DNA from: an uncultured bacterium
GTDB lineage: Bacteria; Krumholzibacteriota; Krumholzibacteriia; Krumholzibacteriales; Krumholzibacteriaceae
NCBI GenBank assembly: GCA_964584495.1
Contig: CAZPAH010000003.1
Coordinates: forward strand, 7,148 to 71,147
DNA length: 64,000 nucleotides
Direction: 5' to 3'
Below, piece by piece: positions 54,896 to 64,000 of the stretch (position 1 is its first letter; the number at the start of each line of letters is the position of its first letter). Both the position numbers and the translations under genes were made by a program. The notes below the pieces were generated by a model. The model was not told the DNA's origin, ran no database searches, and saw only the letters and a program-made list of their open reading frames with translations.

Positions 54896-56179
54896 ATGGA
54901 TCGTGCGAAGATGAAAAATTCAACGGGGATCATGAAGGTTCTCGCCGCATGCGCGGCGATCGTCATGCTCGCCGGAGGCGGCGCCCTGGGATCCGACGAG
55001 AACGGCGGAGCGGCGGGAGGATGGCTCTCCGCCTACAGGAGCGCAAGGAGCCTAGGTTTCGGCGGGGCGTTCGTCGCGGTGGCCGACGATCCGATGGGGA
55101 TGGTCTGGAACCCGGCCGGGATGACGCAGCTCTTTCAGAGCGAAGTATCGCTCGAGACGTCGCGGCTGTTCGAGGGGACCTCTGTGAACTGCTTCAGCTT
55201 CGCGGTTCCCGGGAGCCGCTACCCGACACTCGGATTCACCGTGCTGTCGCTGAGGTCGGGGGACTTCGAGCGGACGAACGAGTTCAACGAGACGATGGGA
55301 ACGTTTCACGAGGGGGACCAGGCGTTTCTTCTGTCGGCCTCACACGACCTCTTTCCCTTCCTCGCGGTCGGCGCCAACCTCAAGATCGTCCGGCAGTCGA
55401 TCGAGGATTTCAACGACACGGGGGCCGGCCTCGATCTGGGCATGCTTGTGAGCGTAACGGACGACCTCAGGATCGGGGCATCGTTCGCGAACTTCGGCGG
55501 GCCGCACATAAAGCTCCGCGAGAGCAGCGAGGATTACCCGGTGCAGTTCAGGGGCGGGTTCGCCCTCCGCGTCCTCTCGGGGCGGGCGACGGTTACGGCC
55601 CAGATAGACCATCTGGCCGGCGGCGAGACGATCCTTCAGGGAGGAACGGAATACTGGATCCATCCGACGATGGCCCTTCGCGTCGGGTTCAGCGCCTACT
55701 CTCCGGCGGGCGGCTTCAGCTGGAGCCTCCCCCGCGACCTGAGGCTCGATTACGGAATGTCCAGCCACGAGCTCGGACTGACCCACCGGTTCAGCATCTC
55801 GTACAGCTTCGGCGGATTCTTCGCCAGATCGAAGGCGGAGCCGGCGGTCTTCTCGCCGTTCGGGATAAACCCTGTGACGAAATTCAACCTCAGCACGAGG
55901 ACGAGAAAAGATGTCGAATCGTGGAAGCTGGAGATCACGGACAAGTTCTCGAGGAGCATCCGCTCCTTCGGAGGCAGGGGAACGCCTCCGTCGCACCTGA
56001 TGTGGGACGGCAAGTCGGCGGCGGGGGTCGCCCAGCCGGACGGCATATATACATTCACGCTGTACGTCGAGGATGTCGACGGACGGAAGATAAAGGGACG
56101 GCGCGGCACTGTCGAGATCGATACGAGTATCCCCGAGATCTCGGTGCCGGTAGTCATTGACAAGATTTCAAAGGAATAG
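54896..56179 (+). CDS. FadL/PorV-like outer-membrane beta-barrel with C-terminal Ig-like extension
   Basis: After the signal peptide, LGFGGAFVAVADDPMGMVWNPAGM resembles the FadL/PorV N-terminal hatch motif (G..GRAYSGE.AIADDAS....NPA). The last ~110 aa (WKLEITDKF...GIYTFTLYVEDVDGRKIKGRRGTVEID) look like an FlgD-Ig-like domain. Confidence 0.45.
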   Translation: MDRAKMKNSTGIMKVLAACAAIVMLAGGGALGSDENGGAAGGWLSAYRSARSLGFGGAFVAVADDPMGMVWNPAGMTQLFQSEVSLETSRLFEGTSVNCFSFAVPGSRYPTLGFTVLSLRSGDFERTNEFNETMGTFHEGDQAFLLSASHDLFPFLAVGANLKIVRQSIEDFNDTGAGLDLGMLVSVTDDLRIGASFANFGGPHIKLRESSEDYPVQFRGGFALRVLSGRATVTAQIDHLAGGETILQGGTEYWIHPTMALRVGFSAYSPAGGFSWSLPRDLRLDYGMSSHELGLTHRFSISYSFGGFFARSKAEPAVFSPFGINPVTKFNLSTRTRKDVESWKLEITDKFSRSIRSFGGRGTPPSHLMWDGKSAAGVAQPDGIYTFTLYVEDVDGRKIKGRRGTVEIDTSIPEISVPVVIDKISKE

Positions 56180-56183
56180 AGAT

Positions 56184-59100
56184 ATGTTTCAGCAGAAGAT
56201 CGACAGGCTGACCGTTATAACCGCCATCACGATCGCATGCCTCGTCCTGATGGTGGCGAACGCGTTCTCAAGTGTTCCGCCGCCGGGGCCGGGCGGGGAT
56301 ATCGTCTGCTATGCGGCCGTCGCTTCCCCGGGGACCGGGGGCGGCTCCTCTCCGGCGCGCCGGGCGCTCGATGCGGTCTCGACGCGAAGCGCGGAAGATG
56401 AACTTTCCCTCCGGTGGATCGAGTTCGAGAACGCACTGCCCCTTCCTTTCAGCGCGAGGAGGATCGCGATCGAACGGCTCGCCGAGCGGACGGGCGGAGA
56501 CGATACGGGGAAGCTGCCCAAGGACCTACGCGGGCCTGCACTGTTTCTGGCGGGAGAGATACGCTATCTCCTGGGCGATTACGCCTCGGCCTCTTCGCTT
56601 TTGAGCCGATCCGCCGGCAGGATGAAGGACGGACCTATCGAGGACGACGCGGAGTTCGCCGCGATCTCCGCGATCGAGGCGGCCGGGCGTGACGGCGAGG
56701 CTGCCGATGCGTGGAGGAAATGGCTCAAAAAATATCCCGCGAGCCCCCTTGCGCCCAGGGCCAGGTTATCCCTCGCCTGGAACCGTATAAGGGGAGGATC
56801 CTTCGACGAGGCCGCCGGCGAGGCAGCCTCGATCGAAAGCTGCTTCCCGTGGATGAGAAGCGATTTCCGCTTCATCCTCACCGTGGCCGCGGTCGATTAC
56901 TTCGGGGGAAGATACGCGGACGCATCCCGACGCCTGGAAGGAGCGGGAGACGGCGCTCCGGCCCAGTTCCTCAGGGCCCTATGCCTTTCGGCGCGGGGTA
57001 AGGATTTCGAGGCGGCGGTGCTCTTCCAGAAGCTGGTCGACGACCATCCCGAATCGCTGCTGCGCGGATATGCCCTTCTAGCCAAGGGCAATATCTTCTC
57101 TGACGGAGGCGATTACGGGAAGGCGGCCGCGGAGTTCGCGCTGATATCGAAGCGCTCCGGCCGAAGCGATATTCGCGGCGAGGCCGAGCTTCTCGAGGCC
57201 GCCTGCGTATTCCTCTCGGGCGACGAGGTAACGGGGACCGGGCTCGCAGAGGATGTCGCCGCCCGGTACGCCGGATCCAAGCTGGCCGCGAGGAGCCGTT
57301 TCATGCTCGGTGAGATGAGATGGAGGCAGGGCCGCTACGAGGATGCCGTCGTGCAGTATAACAAGGTTCTGTCGGATTATTTCGAGGACGACCTGGCCGG
57401 AAGGGCTCTCTACCGCACGGCGAGATGCTTCGACGCGCTGGGAAGGTTCGCCGAGGCGAACAGCACCTACCAGGCCGTCGCAAAAGGATACCCGTATTTG
57501 CCCGAAGCCCCCGCCGCGATCTATCTCGCCGGGGTCGGGCTTATGGAGCAGGGAAAATTCGCCGCCGCCGCACCCTGGTTCCAGCTCGTCCTGGACCGCT
57601 ATTCGGGCGAGGGCGGCGGTGAGACATATACGTTCGAGTCACCGGAGCACCAGGACCTCGTCGAGAAGTCGCTGTGCCTCCTGGAACACTCATACCACCA
57701 GGCAGGAGACATGGGCAGGCTCTCGGGAGCACCCCATCTGGTGCTCCAGAAAATGCCGCCGAGCGGTTCCGTCTGGAGGGCGTACGCCCTCCTTCTCGAT
57801 GCGGACGCCCTGGCGGCGACGGGGCGTCTCATAGAATCCCAGGAGACGCTGGCGAAGCTGTTCGCCGAGTTTCCCGACCACCCGGTCGGCGTGAAGGCGA
57901 ACAGGCTTCTCGCATGGACATACGCCCGCCAGGGCAGGCAGGACCTTGCGATCGAGACGGAGGAGCGGATGCTGGCCCGTTACGAGGCGCAGGAGGACCT
58001 GGAGAATATGAGCGAGGCCCTGCTGACTCAGGCGCACGCGCTGTTCAACAGGAAGATGTACGAGGAGGCGGCGCTGAAATACGGCGAATTCCTGCGCGGT
58101 TTCCCCGGCCACGGCAAGGGGCTAACGGCGCTATACCAGGCGGGGCTCTGCTACCAGCGGCTCGGCAGGGAGGGTGACGCGGTCGACAGGTGGGAAGAGG
58201 TCACGGCGGCCGCTCCGGCCGGCCCCGTATCGGCCAAGGCGTGGCTTCGGGCCGGTGATCTCTATTTCAACACGGGGCACTACGATGACGCGAGGCGCTG
58301 CTACACGGGATTTCTCGACAATTTCGACGACGAGGGAAGCACCGCCGAAGGGCTCGTCCGGCTTGCCCGGTGCGACTATAACGAGGAGCTCGACGCCGAG
58401 GCGCTCGACCGATTCAAGGAGGTCGCACGACGGTTTCCCGGAACGAGGGCGGGGCGCGAGGCCGAGACGGCTATAGCGCAGATCCTCTTCCGCATGGGGA
58501 GCTCCGATCCCGAGGGCGGGTACCTCACCGAGCTCGCCGAGAGCTACCCCGACGATCCCCTCGCCCCCGACGCGAGGTTCGCGATCGCGATGAAAATCTA
58601 CGAGGAGGGCCGCTTCGAGGAGGCCGCCTCCGAATTCAAGAAGGTCTACACCGGCTACCCCGCCTCATCGTCGGCCGACAGGGCATTCTTCCTTATGGCC
58701 GATTCGTATTCGAGGGCCGGGATGAAGGATAGCGAGCGCGGGGCCTGGGAAGATTTCCTCGAGTATTTCCCCGCGAGCGAGCTGTATCCCGGCGCCCTTT
58801 TCAGGATAGCCTCGATACGTTTCGATGACGGCGAGTATATCCGCGCGGCGTCCGATTTCGCCGCGGTGCTCGAGAGGGAAACGGACGAAGAGACCAGGTC
58901 GGCTTCGATATTCAACCTGGCGATGAGCTACAGGATACTGGGGCGAAACGGCGAGGCCGGAGAGGTGCTGGAGGGCTGCAGAAGGGGCGGCGCGGCGGGC
59001 GGCAGGGAGGCCGAAATAGCCGGGCTGCTGGGGGAGATACGGGCGGAGGAGGGGAATCATGCCGCCGCGGCAAGGGAGTTCGAGACCGCGATCGCGGCCG

Positions 59101-59393
59101 ATTCGAAGGGAGCTAAAACAGCCGAGCTGAACTACAGGCTGGGAGAATGCAGGGAGAAGCTGGGAGATATCGAGGGGGCCATCGCCGCCTACGGCGCGTC
59201 GATGAAGGCGGCCGACCTGAGCGATCCGTTCAGGCTGTCCGCCGTCGCCCGAAAGGCGGCCCTCCACGAGCAGAAGGGAAATCTCAGGGGCGCGCTGACC
59301 GCATACAGGGATCTTATAGAGAATGCGGATGACCCGGAGCTCGCGCTGGCGGCGCGGGAAAGGGCGGCTCAGCTGGAAGAGGTCCTCAAGTAG
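56184..59393 (+). CDS. Large TPR-repeat protein (secreted or membrane-anchored)
   Basis: An N-terminal hydrophobic segment (LTVITAITIACLVLMVANAFSS) is followed by more than 20 TPR-like helical repeats (e.g. AEANSTYQAVAKGYPYLPEAPAAIYLAGVGLMEQGKF). The start at the internal ATG 56184 avoids overlap with the upstream gene. Confidence 0.6.
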   Translation: MFQQKIDRLTVITAITIACLVLMVANAFSSVPPPGPGGDIVCYAAVASPGTGGGSSPARRALDAVSTRSAEDELSLRWIEFENALPLPFSARRIAIERLAERTGGDDTGKLPKDLRGPALFLAGEIRYLLGDYASASSLLSRSAGRMKDGPIEDDAEFAAISAIEAAGRDGEAADAWRKWLKKYPASPLAPRARLSLAWNRIRGGSFDEAAGEAASIESCFPWMRSDFRFILTVAAVDYFGGRYADASRRLEGAGDGAPAQFLRALCLSARGKDFEAAVLFQKLVDDHPESLLRGYALLAKGNIFSDGGDYGKAAAEFALISKRSGRSDIRGEAELLEAACVFLSGDEVTGTGLAEDVAARYAGSKLAARSRFMLGEMRWRQGRYEDAVVQYNKVLSDYFEDDLAGRALYRTARCFDALGRFAEANSTYQAVAKGYPYLPEAPAAIYLAGVGLMEQGKFAAAAPWFQLVLDRYSGEGGGETYTFESPEHQDLVEKSLCLLEHSYHQAGDMGRLSGAPHLVLQKMPPSGSVWRAYALLLDADALAATGRLIESQETLAKLFAEFPDHPVGVKANRLLAWTYARQGRQDLAIETEERMLARYEAQEDLENMSEALLTQAHALFNRKMYEEAALKYGEFLRGFPGHGKGLTALYQAGLCYQRLGREGDAVDRWEEVTAAAPAGPVSAKAWLRAGDLYFNTGHYDDARRCYTGFLDNFDDEGSTAEGLVRLARCDYNEELDAEALDRFKEVARRFPGTRAGREAETAIAQILFRMGSSDPEGGYLTELAESYPDDPLAPDARFAIAMKIYEEGRFEEAASEFKKVYTGYPASSSADRAFFLMADSYSRAGMKDSERGAWEDFLEYFPASELYPGALFRIASIRFDDGEYIRAASDFAAVLERETDEETRSASIFNLAMSYRILGRNGEAGEVLEGCRRGGAAGGREAEIAGLLGEIRAEEGNHAAAAREFETAIAADSKGAKTAELNYRLGECREKLGDIEGAIAAYGASMKAADLSDPFRLSAVARKAALHEQKGNLRGALTAYRDLIENADDPELALAARERAAQLEEVLK

Positions 59394-59445
59394 GGATCCG
59401 ACCGGGAAGCGCCCGAACGGGAATATCACGGAAAAGGAGAAGTGG

Positions 59446-60075
59446 ATGTTTACGGAATTCAACTGGCAGGAAACGGTGATCGACAGTCCGATCTTCCTCG
59501 TCCTGATGGCCTGCAGCATAATCACGCTGGCCGTCGTCATCGAGAGGGCATACTACTACTTCAAGCGCGGGGGAGACTCCGATTCGGCCCTCGCCTTCTC
59601 GTTGAAGAAGATCCGCAGCGGCGATCTCAAAGGGGCCTTCAGCAGGTGCGAGTCGATGAGCCACCCGATGGGACCGGTCGCCGTGCAGGTATTCGAGGCA
59701 AGCGAGCCGGACGGAGACCCCGTCGAGGAGAGGATGCAGATAAGCCTCAGCGAGCAGAAGATGCTTCTCGAGAAGAACCTCGGCGTCCTGGGCACGATGG
59801 CGGCGATAGCCCCGCTTATCGGGCTGCTGGGAACGATCTGGGGGATAATGAGGGCGTTCCAGGATATGGCGAGCACCGGCTCCGCCGCCCCCTCGGTCGT
59901 TGCGGCGGGGGTGGCCGAGGCGCTGCTGACCACGGCGGCCGGCATCGTGATCGCCGTGCCCGCGATACTGTTCTACAACCATTTCACAAGACGCATGAAC
60001 ACGATGCTGACGATGGCCGAGAATTGCGCGCGCAGCCTCAGGGTGGCCCTCGTCGAGACGGCCACGGTGAATTGA
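59446..60075 (+). CDS. exbB: MotA/TolQ/ExbB-family proton channel
   Basis: AAGGAG Shine-Dalgarno then ATG at 59446. Three TM helices and the conserved LGLLGTIWGIMRAF...AEALLTTAAGIVIAVPA core are present. Confidence 0.75.
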   Translation: MFTEFNWQETVIDSPIFLVLMACSIITLAVVIERAYYYFKRGGDSDSALAFSLKKIRSGDLKGAFSRCESMSHPMGPVAVQVFEASEPDGDPVEERMQISLSEQKMLLEKNLGVLGTMAAIAPLIGLLGTIWGIMRAFQDMASTGSAAPSVVAAGVAEALLTTAAGIVIAVPAILFYNHFTRRMNTMLTMAENCARSLRVALVETATVN

Positions 60076-60108
60076 ACGGCCGGGTAATTTCGAAGCGAGG
60101 AGTCCGAT

Positions 60109-60519
60109 TTGTTCCTTGAGAAGAATAAGAAATCAGGCGATGTGCTGCACGATGCCAACATGACGCCGCTCATTGACGTGTCGCTGGTCCTGGTCGTCAT
60201 GCTGCTCCTTCTTACGCCGCTCGCCTTCGAGTCGAGCATAGCTCTCAGGAAGAGCGCCGGCGCGAGGGATCTTCCCGCCGCAAAGGAGAGAGCGCAGGCG
60301 ATCGAGCTGAATATAGTATCCGAGGACAGCGTGAAGGTCGGCGCCGTGACGGTCGGCCGCAAAGCCCTCGGAACATTCCTTCCCTCGATGATGGAGGAAG
60401 AGGGGTGCAGGCAGGTGTCGATTAATTGCAACGGCGATGTCTCGCACGGAGCCTTCGTGAACGTTGTAGATCAGGCGAAGCTGAGCGGGGCCGCAGGCAT
60501 CGCCGTGGTTGGGAGGTAA
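60109..60519 (+). CDS. exbD: ExbD/TolR-family biopolymer transport protein
   Basis: NMTPLIDVSLVLVVMLLLL is the signature ExbD N-terminal TM. 136 aa. Confidence 0.75.
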   Translation: MFLEKNKKSGDVLHDANMTPLIDVSLVLVVMLLLLTPLAFESSIALRKSAGARDLPAAKERAQAIELNIVSEDSVKVGAVTVGRKALGTFLPSMMEEEGCRQVSINCNGDVSHGAFVNVVDQAKLSGAAGIAVVGR

Positions 60520-60958
60520 GATGAGGGAACCTCTGGTGAACGGACGGTCACAGATCACGGGGATAAACGTGACGCCGATAATAGATGTCGCCCTCGTGCT
60601 GGTGATAATTCTGCTAATAACCGCTCCGGTGCTTTCGATTTCGGATCTCGGCGTGAATCTTCCGAGCGCCAGCACTCGCGGCGCCGAGGACGAGGACAGG
60701 CTCAGCGTCACCCTCGCCTCCACGGGGGAGCTTTCGATCGAGCAGACGATTGTGGACAGGGACGATCTCGTGGAAGCGATCCGCGAGAGGCTCGAGACGG
60801 GCGGTGCGAAGACGCTGGTCGTTATCAGGGCCGACGAGAAGGTGCCTTACCGGGATGTGAGGTCCCTGCTCGGGATGGCCCGGGAAGCGGGGGCCCTGCG
60901 CCTCGCGATAGCCACTGTTCAGGCAGGGAAGGGAAGCGAATGGACGCATACGTTTTAA
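60509..60958 (+). CDS. exbD: ExbD/TolR-family protein (second copy)
   Basis: INVTPIIDVALVLVIILLITAPV. 149 aa. It overlaps the upstream stop. Confidence 0.75.
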   Translation: MGGKMREPLVNGRSQITGINVTPIIDVALVLVIILLITAPVLSISDLGVNLPSASTRGAEDEDRLSVTLASTGELSIEQTIVDRDDLVEAIRERLETGGAKTLVVIRADEKVPYRDVRSLLGMAREAGALRLAIATVQAGKGSEWTHTF

Positions 60959-61836
60959 GCGCCGAGCTGGCGACGATCCGGTCGAGGACGAGGCGTATCT
61001 TCGCTTTCAGCACGGCGGTGCACCTCGTTGTGGGAGCGCTGGTCTACATAGGCCGCACCCTGGCGCCGGCCGAGCCGCCGCCGCTGGATTTCACCGAGAT
61101 AACATGGATCGAGCCCGCCGAGGAGCAAATCGCCCTTCTCGAGGAAAGGGGAGCGGCCCCTTCCGAGATCGAGAAGGAGAAGCTCGAGAAGGCGAAGCCC
61201 GCCGTTCCCGATGCGGGAATCGCGGTCGAGGTCATGAAGGAACGCCTACGGACGATGCAGGGGGGCATCCCGGCGCGAAGGACGCTCGCCTCGGCGATCG
61301 TTCCACCTGGGGCTTTGATAAAGCCGGCGAGGATGTCGGCCGCCATAGTGGAGAGGATAACGGGTTCCCCGGCGAGGCTGACCCGCGGTGACGATGCGCC
61401 CGCCGCTCCGGCGAAGCTTGAAAGGATGCAGAGAGGGGATGCGAGGCTGGCCGCTGCCGTTCCGGCGAAGAGGGACGATGAGGGAGGGAAGAAGGATCTG
61501 ACCGCCAAGGTCGATCTTCCCGGCGTCTCCCTGGCCGGCCCGGTGGCCGACAGGGATCTGCTCTCCTACGTCTCCCCGGAATATCCCGAGTGGGCGAAGA
61601 GGGACGGCGTGGAGGTCTCGGTGATGCTGCACTTCAACGTGCTGCCCGACGGGACTGTGAAGGAAGGGATTATCGTGGAGCGGAGCTCCGGGTTCAACGA
61701 ATTCGACGATAACGCGGTTCACGCTCTTCTCGCCTGGAGGTTCGAGCCGATAGGCGGGGGAAGAACGTCGGACCAGTGGGGAAAGATAGTGTTCAACTAC
61801 AGGCTTGGAAAAATGATGACAGGAGCAGGATCATGA
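60940..61836 (+). CDS. TonB/TolA-like energy transducer with TonB C-terminal domain
   Basis: An N-terminal TM helix (IFAFSTAVHLVVGALVYIG) is followed by a Pro/Ala/Glu/Lys-rich spacer. The C-terminus (YPEWAKRDGVEGSVMLHFNVLPDGTV...ERSSGFNEFDDNAVHALLAWRFEP) is TonB_C-like. Confidence 0.55.
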   Translation: MDAYVLSAELATIRSRTRRIFAFSTAVHLVVGALVYIGRTLAPAEPPPLDFTEITWIEPAEEQIALLEERGAAPSEIEKEKLEKAKPAVPDAGIAVEVMKERLRTMQGGIPARRTLASAIVPPGALIKPARMSAAIVERITGSPARLTRGDDAPAAPAKLERMQRGDARLAAAVPAKRDDEGGKKDLTAKVDLPGVSLAGPVADRDLLSYVSPEYPEWAKRDGVEVSVMLHFNVLPDGTVKEGIIVERSSGFNEFDDNAVHALLAWRFEPIGGGRTSDQWGKIVFNYRLGKMMTGAGS

Positions 61837-62795
61837 AGAGGAGTTCAATCTCGCTGGCCGGACTGATATTGTTTGCCATGCTCGCCGCAGCGGCGGGCTT
61901 CACGCGGGCATCGGCGTCGCCGGTGCCCGCGATACCCGACAGCAGCCTTGCGGCGGTGCCGGCGGGCGGCGGGATATCTCTAAAGGGGGACGAGGACGGC
62001 ACCGTTCTAAGGTCTCTCACGGTCGAAGGGGAAGACCGGATAAGCATTGAGTTCGCAAGGCCCGTCCTGGATCTCGCCCTCGATGCCAGGAACGTTCCCG
62101 GGCTCGACTGGAAAAACACCTGGGAAAAGGAAGATCTGTTCTCGATCCTCGTAGGCATGTCCGGCTTCGAAAGGCCCGAAGTTCCCCTGCACCCCTGGCT
62201 CGGAATCTTCGCCTTCGGCGAGGTCGCCAGGTTCAGTCCGGAGGTTTCGGGAGCGGAGCACTGGAAACTGACGATCGTCGATTCGCGGGGAAAGGTCGCC
62301 GTCCAGTACGAGGGCGCCGGCAGGTGCCCCAAGGAGATCTCGTGGGACGGCCTCGACTCCCGCGGAAAGCCCGCGACGCCGGGGCTCACGTACTCGTTCG
62401 TAATGGTCACGGCCGACAGGGCCGGCAACATGAGGAGCTACTTCGGCGACGGATTCGTCCTTCCGCCCTTCCGCCTTCAAGGCGAGAACGGCGTCACGCT
62501 GGTCTTCTCGGGCAACGAGCTTCTGACATCCGCTCCGGCCGCCGGCGCCGCGGGGGCGGCGCAGCCGATCATGATAGAGGCGGCATCCTGGCTGAACCAG
62601 GTGGAGATCCCCGGGCACCGCGTGCTGATAGAGGCGTCGGCCCGGACATCGGATCAGGCGACAGCCCTTGCCCAGCGCGTTGCGCGCACCCTGAAGGGGA
62701 TGCTCCTTGGAGATCCGGACAGAGTCGGCTACACGGCCGAGGAGAACCCCCTCGCCCCGGACGGAGGGACCGTTCTCATAAGGACATCTCTGTAG
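61833..62795 (+). CDS. Secreted protein with C-terminal OmpA/Pal-like domain
   Basis: Signal peptide MKRSSISLAGLILFAMLAAAAGFTRASA. The C-terminus (QVEIPGHRVLIEASARTSDQATALAQRVARTLKGMLLGDPDRVGYTAEE) resembles an OmpA_C-like peptidoglycan-associated domain. It is positioned after tonB, as Pal is in Tol systems. Confidence 0.5.
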   Translation: MKRSSISLAGLILFAMLAAAAGFTRASASPVPAIPDSSLAAVPAGGGISLKGDEDGTVLRSLTVEGEDRISIEFARPVLDLALDARNVPGLDWKNTWEKEDLFSILVGMSGFERPEVPLHPWLGIFAFGEVARFSPEVSGAEHWKLTIVDSRGKVAVQYEGAGRCPKEISWDGLDSRGKPATPGLTYSFVMVTADRAGNMRSYFGDGFVLPPFRLQGENGVTLVFSGNELLTSAPAAGAAGAAQPIMIEAASWLNQVEIPGHRVLIEASARTSDQATALAQRVARTLKGMLLGDPDRVGYTAEENPLAPDGGTVLIRTSL

Positions 62796-62926
62796 GGCAT
62801 GGGACCCTTCTCCATGGCCGGTCCGCCGGCTTTCCATCTTCAAGGAAATCACACAGGCGAGGTGCGCTCCATCCCGGTCCTTTGAACAAAGCGGCATATC
62901 TGCTACTATCGGGCGGGGGTGTTATT

Positions 62927-64000
62927 ATGCTGCCTGCCGAATGTTATCCGGCCGGGCGCGGCGAGTGGGAGAAGACGGCCCGCGTAATAGCCCATCTCGA
63001 CATGGACGCCTTCTACGCTTCCGTCGAGATCCTCGATTTTCCGGACCTGAGGGACAGGCCGGTCATCGTGGGGGGAAGCTCGAAGCGGGGGGTCGTCTCG
63101 GCTGCGAGCTACAGGGCGAGGGATTTCGGGATTCACTCGGCGATGCCCGTGTTCATGGCGAAGAGGCTTTGTCCCGATCTCGTCGTGCAGCCCGTCCGCA
63201 TGAAGAGGTACTCGCAGGTTTCGCGCGCGGTCATGGATATCCTCCAGGGGTATTCGCCGCTCGTGGAGCAGATATCGATCGACGAGGCGTACGTGGATCT
63301 CACCGGGACCGGCAAGCTGTTCGGGACTCCCGAGGAGACGGCCGTCTCCATCAAGAGGGATATCCTGGAGAAGACATCGCTCACCTCCTCGATAGGCCTT
63401 TCCACCTGCAAGCTCGTATCCAAGATCGCCTCGGATATCAACAAGCCGGACGGGATAACGATAGTGCCCTCGTCGAGGGTCGGCGTCTTTCTCGAGAAGC
63501 TGCCCGTCGGTAAGATCCCCGGTGTAGGCGGTAAGAGCGAGGATGAGCTCGAGAAGCTCGGGATAAGAAGGCTCGGGGAGGTGAGAAAATTTTCGCCCGC
63601 CTACCTCGAGGAAAGGTTCGGGAAATTCGGCCGACGTCTCCTCGCGATCGCCGCCGGCGGGGACGATTCGCCCGTGACCCCGTGGTCCGCACCGAAATCG
63701 ATAAGCAACGAGCTGACATTCCCTGAGGATACCGACGATATCGATCTAATGCAGAAGCACCTGCTAGCCCTCAGCGAGATGGTCGGGCACAGGCTGAGAA
63801 AACACGGCATGAAGGGAAAGACCGTCACGCTGAAGCTCAAAAACTCCGATCACCGCCTGATAACGAGGAGTGTCACGCTGGACAAGCCTACCCACCAGGG
63901 GGGGAGGATCTACAAGGAGGCGAAGAAGCTGCTCGTCAGGTCTGCCGTCGCGGGCAAGAAGAGGCTGATCGGCGTCGGCGTGTCGAATCTCGAGCCGGCC
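62927..64000 (+). CDS. dinB: DNA polymerase IV (Y-family, DinB), 5' partial; runs off the window end
   Basis: IAHLDMDAFYASVEILDFPDLRDRPVIVGG...SYRARDFGIHSAMP...ISIDEAYVDLTG...SIGLSTCKLVSKIASD...GVGGKSEDEL are the canonical DinB palm/finger motifs. It is in a different frame from the tracked 62941..63513 ORF, which I reject. Confidence 0.8.
   Translation, partial: MLPAECYPAGRGEWEKTARVIAHLDMDAFYASVEILDFPDLRDRPVIVGGSSKRGVVSAASYRARDFGIHSAMPVFMAKRLCPDLVVQPVRMKRYSQVSRAVMDILQGYSPLVEQISIDEAYVDLTGTGKLFGTPEETAVSIKRDILEKTSLTSSIGLSTCKLVSKIASDINKPDGITIVPSSRVGVFLEKLPVGKIPGVGGKSEDELEKLGIRRLGEVRKFSPAYLEERFGKFGRRLLAIAAGGDDSPVTPWSAPKSISNELTFPEDTDDIDLMQKHLLALSEMVGHRLRKHGMKGKTVTLKLKNSDHRLITRSVTLDKPTHQGGRIYKEAKKLLVRSAVAGKKRLIGVGVSNLEPA

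Noticed and set aside
58665-59540. 291-aa minus-strand ORF inside the TPR gene
   Set aside because: It is antisense, and the + strand frame shows regular TPR periodicity.
62941-63513. 190-aa + strand ORF from the track at the dinB locus
   Set aside because: It is in the wrong frame and Arg/Gly-rich. The frame starting at 62927 encodes canonical DinB motifs and runs off the window end.
1-64000. CRISPR arrays, rRNA or tRNA genes, transposase/integrase genes
   Set aside because: Scanning found no regularly spaced direct repeats, no tRNA-like cloverleaf regions in the intergenic gaps, and no DDE/tyrosine-recombinase signatures. The T6SS island shows no obvious mobile-element boundary within this window.

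Overview
This is a high-GC (about 60-65%) bacterial window dominated by a single co-directional block of roughly 25 kb on the + strand (7822-32709) that reads as a type VI secretion system (T6SS) locus with a cargo island. The cargo island holds a PAAR spike protein, a 1107-aa effector carrying an OmpA-like domain and a zinc metallopeptidase motif, a translationally coupled lipoprotein (putative immunity), a DUF1795/Eag-like adaptor, a second HExxH protein fused to LysM, and a HEAT-repeat lipoprotein. The core that follows is ClpV/TssH, TssB, TssC, a short Hcp, VgrG, TssE, TssF, TssG and TssK, which resembles the T6SS-iii (Bacteroidetes-type) layout; this rests on motif-level reading, not a database search. 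Directly after TssK come three genes that are neither canonical TssJ/L/M nor recognisably TssN-R: a C-terminally membrane-anchored protein, a 736-aa fusion of a Ras-like GTPase, one TM helix and a presumed periplasmic domain, and a small secreted protein. I propose these as a candidate non-canonical membrane complex. The flanks hold two secreted proteins with T9SS-type (Por/FlgD-Ig-like) C-terminal sorting domains, a FadL/PorV-like barrel, two paralogous ~800-aa FtsX/MacB-type permeases (one with HlyD plus two ABC ATPases), a PP2C phosphatase, a Hanks kinase with a PEGA domain, a histidine kinase with a sigma-54 activator, an ArsR-permease-thioredoxin-CcdA redox module, a TPR/ExbB/ExbD/ExbD/TonB/Pal-like cluster and a 5' partial dinB. 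A 61-nt element occurs twice at about 90% identity (50031-50091 and 51435-51495) in the leaders flanking the CxxC/CcdA pair. No rRNA, tRNA or CRISPR array was recognised. Many long antisense ORFs in the track are GC artefacts.
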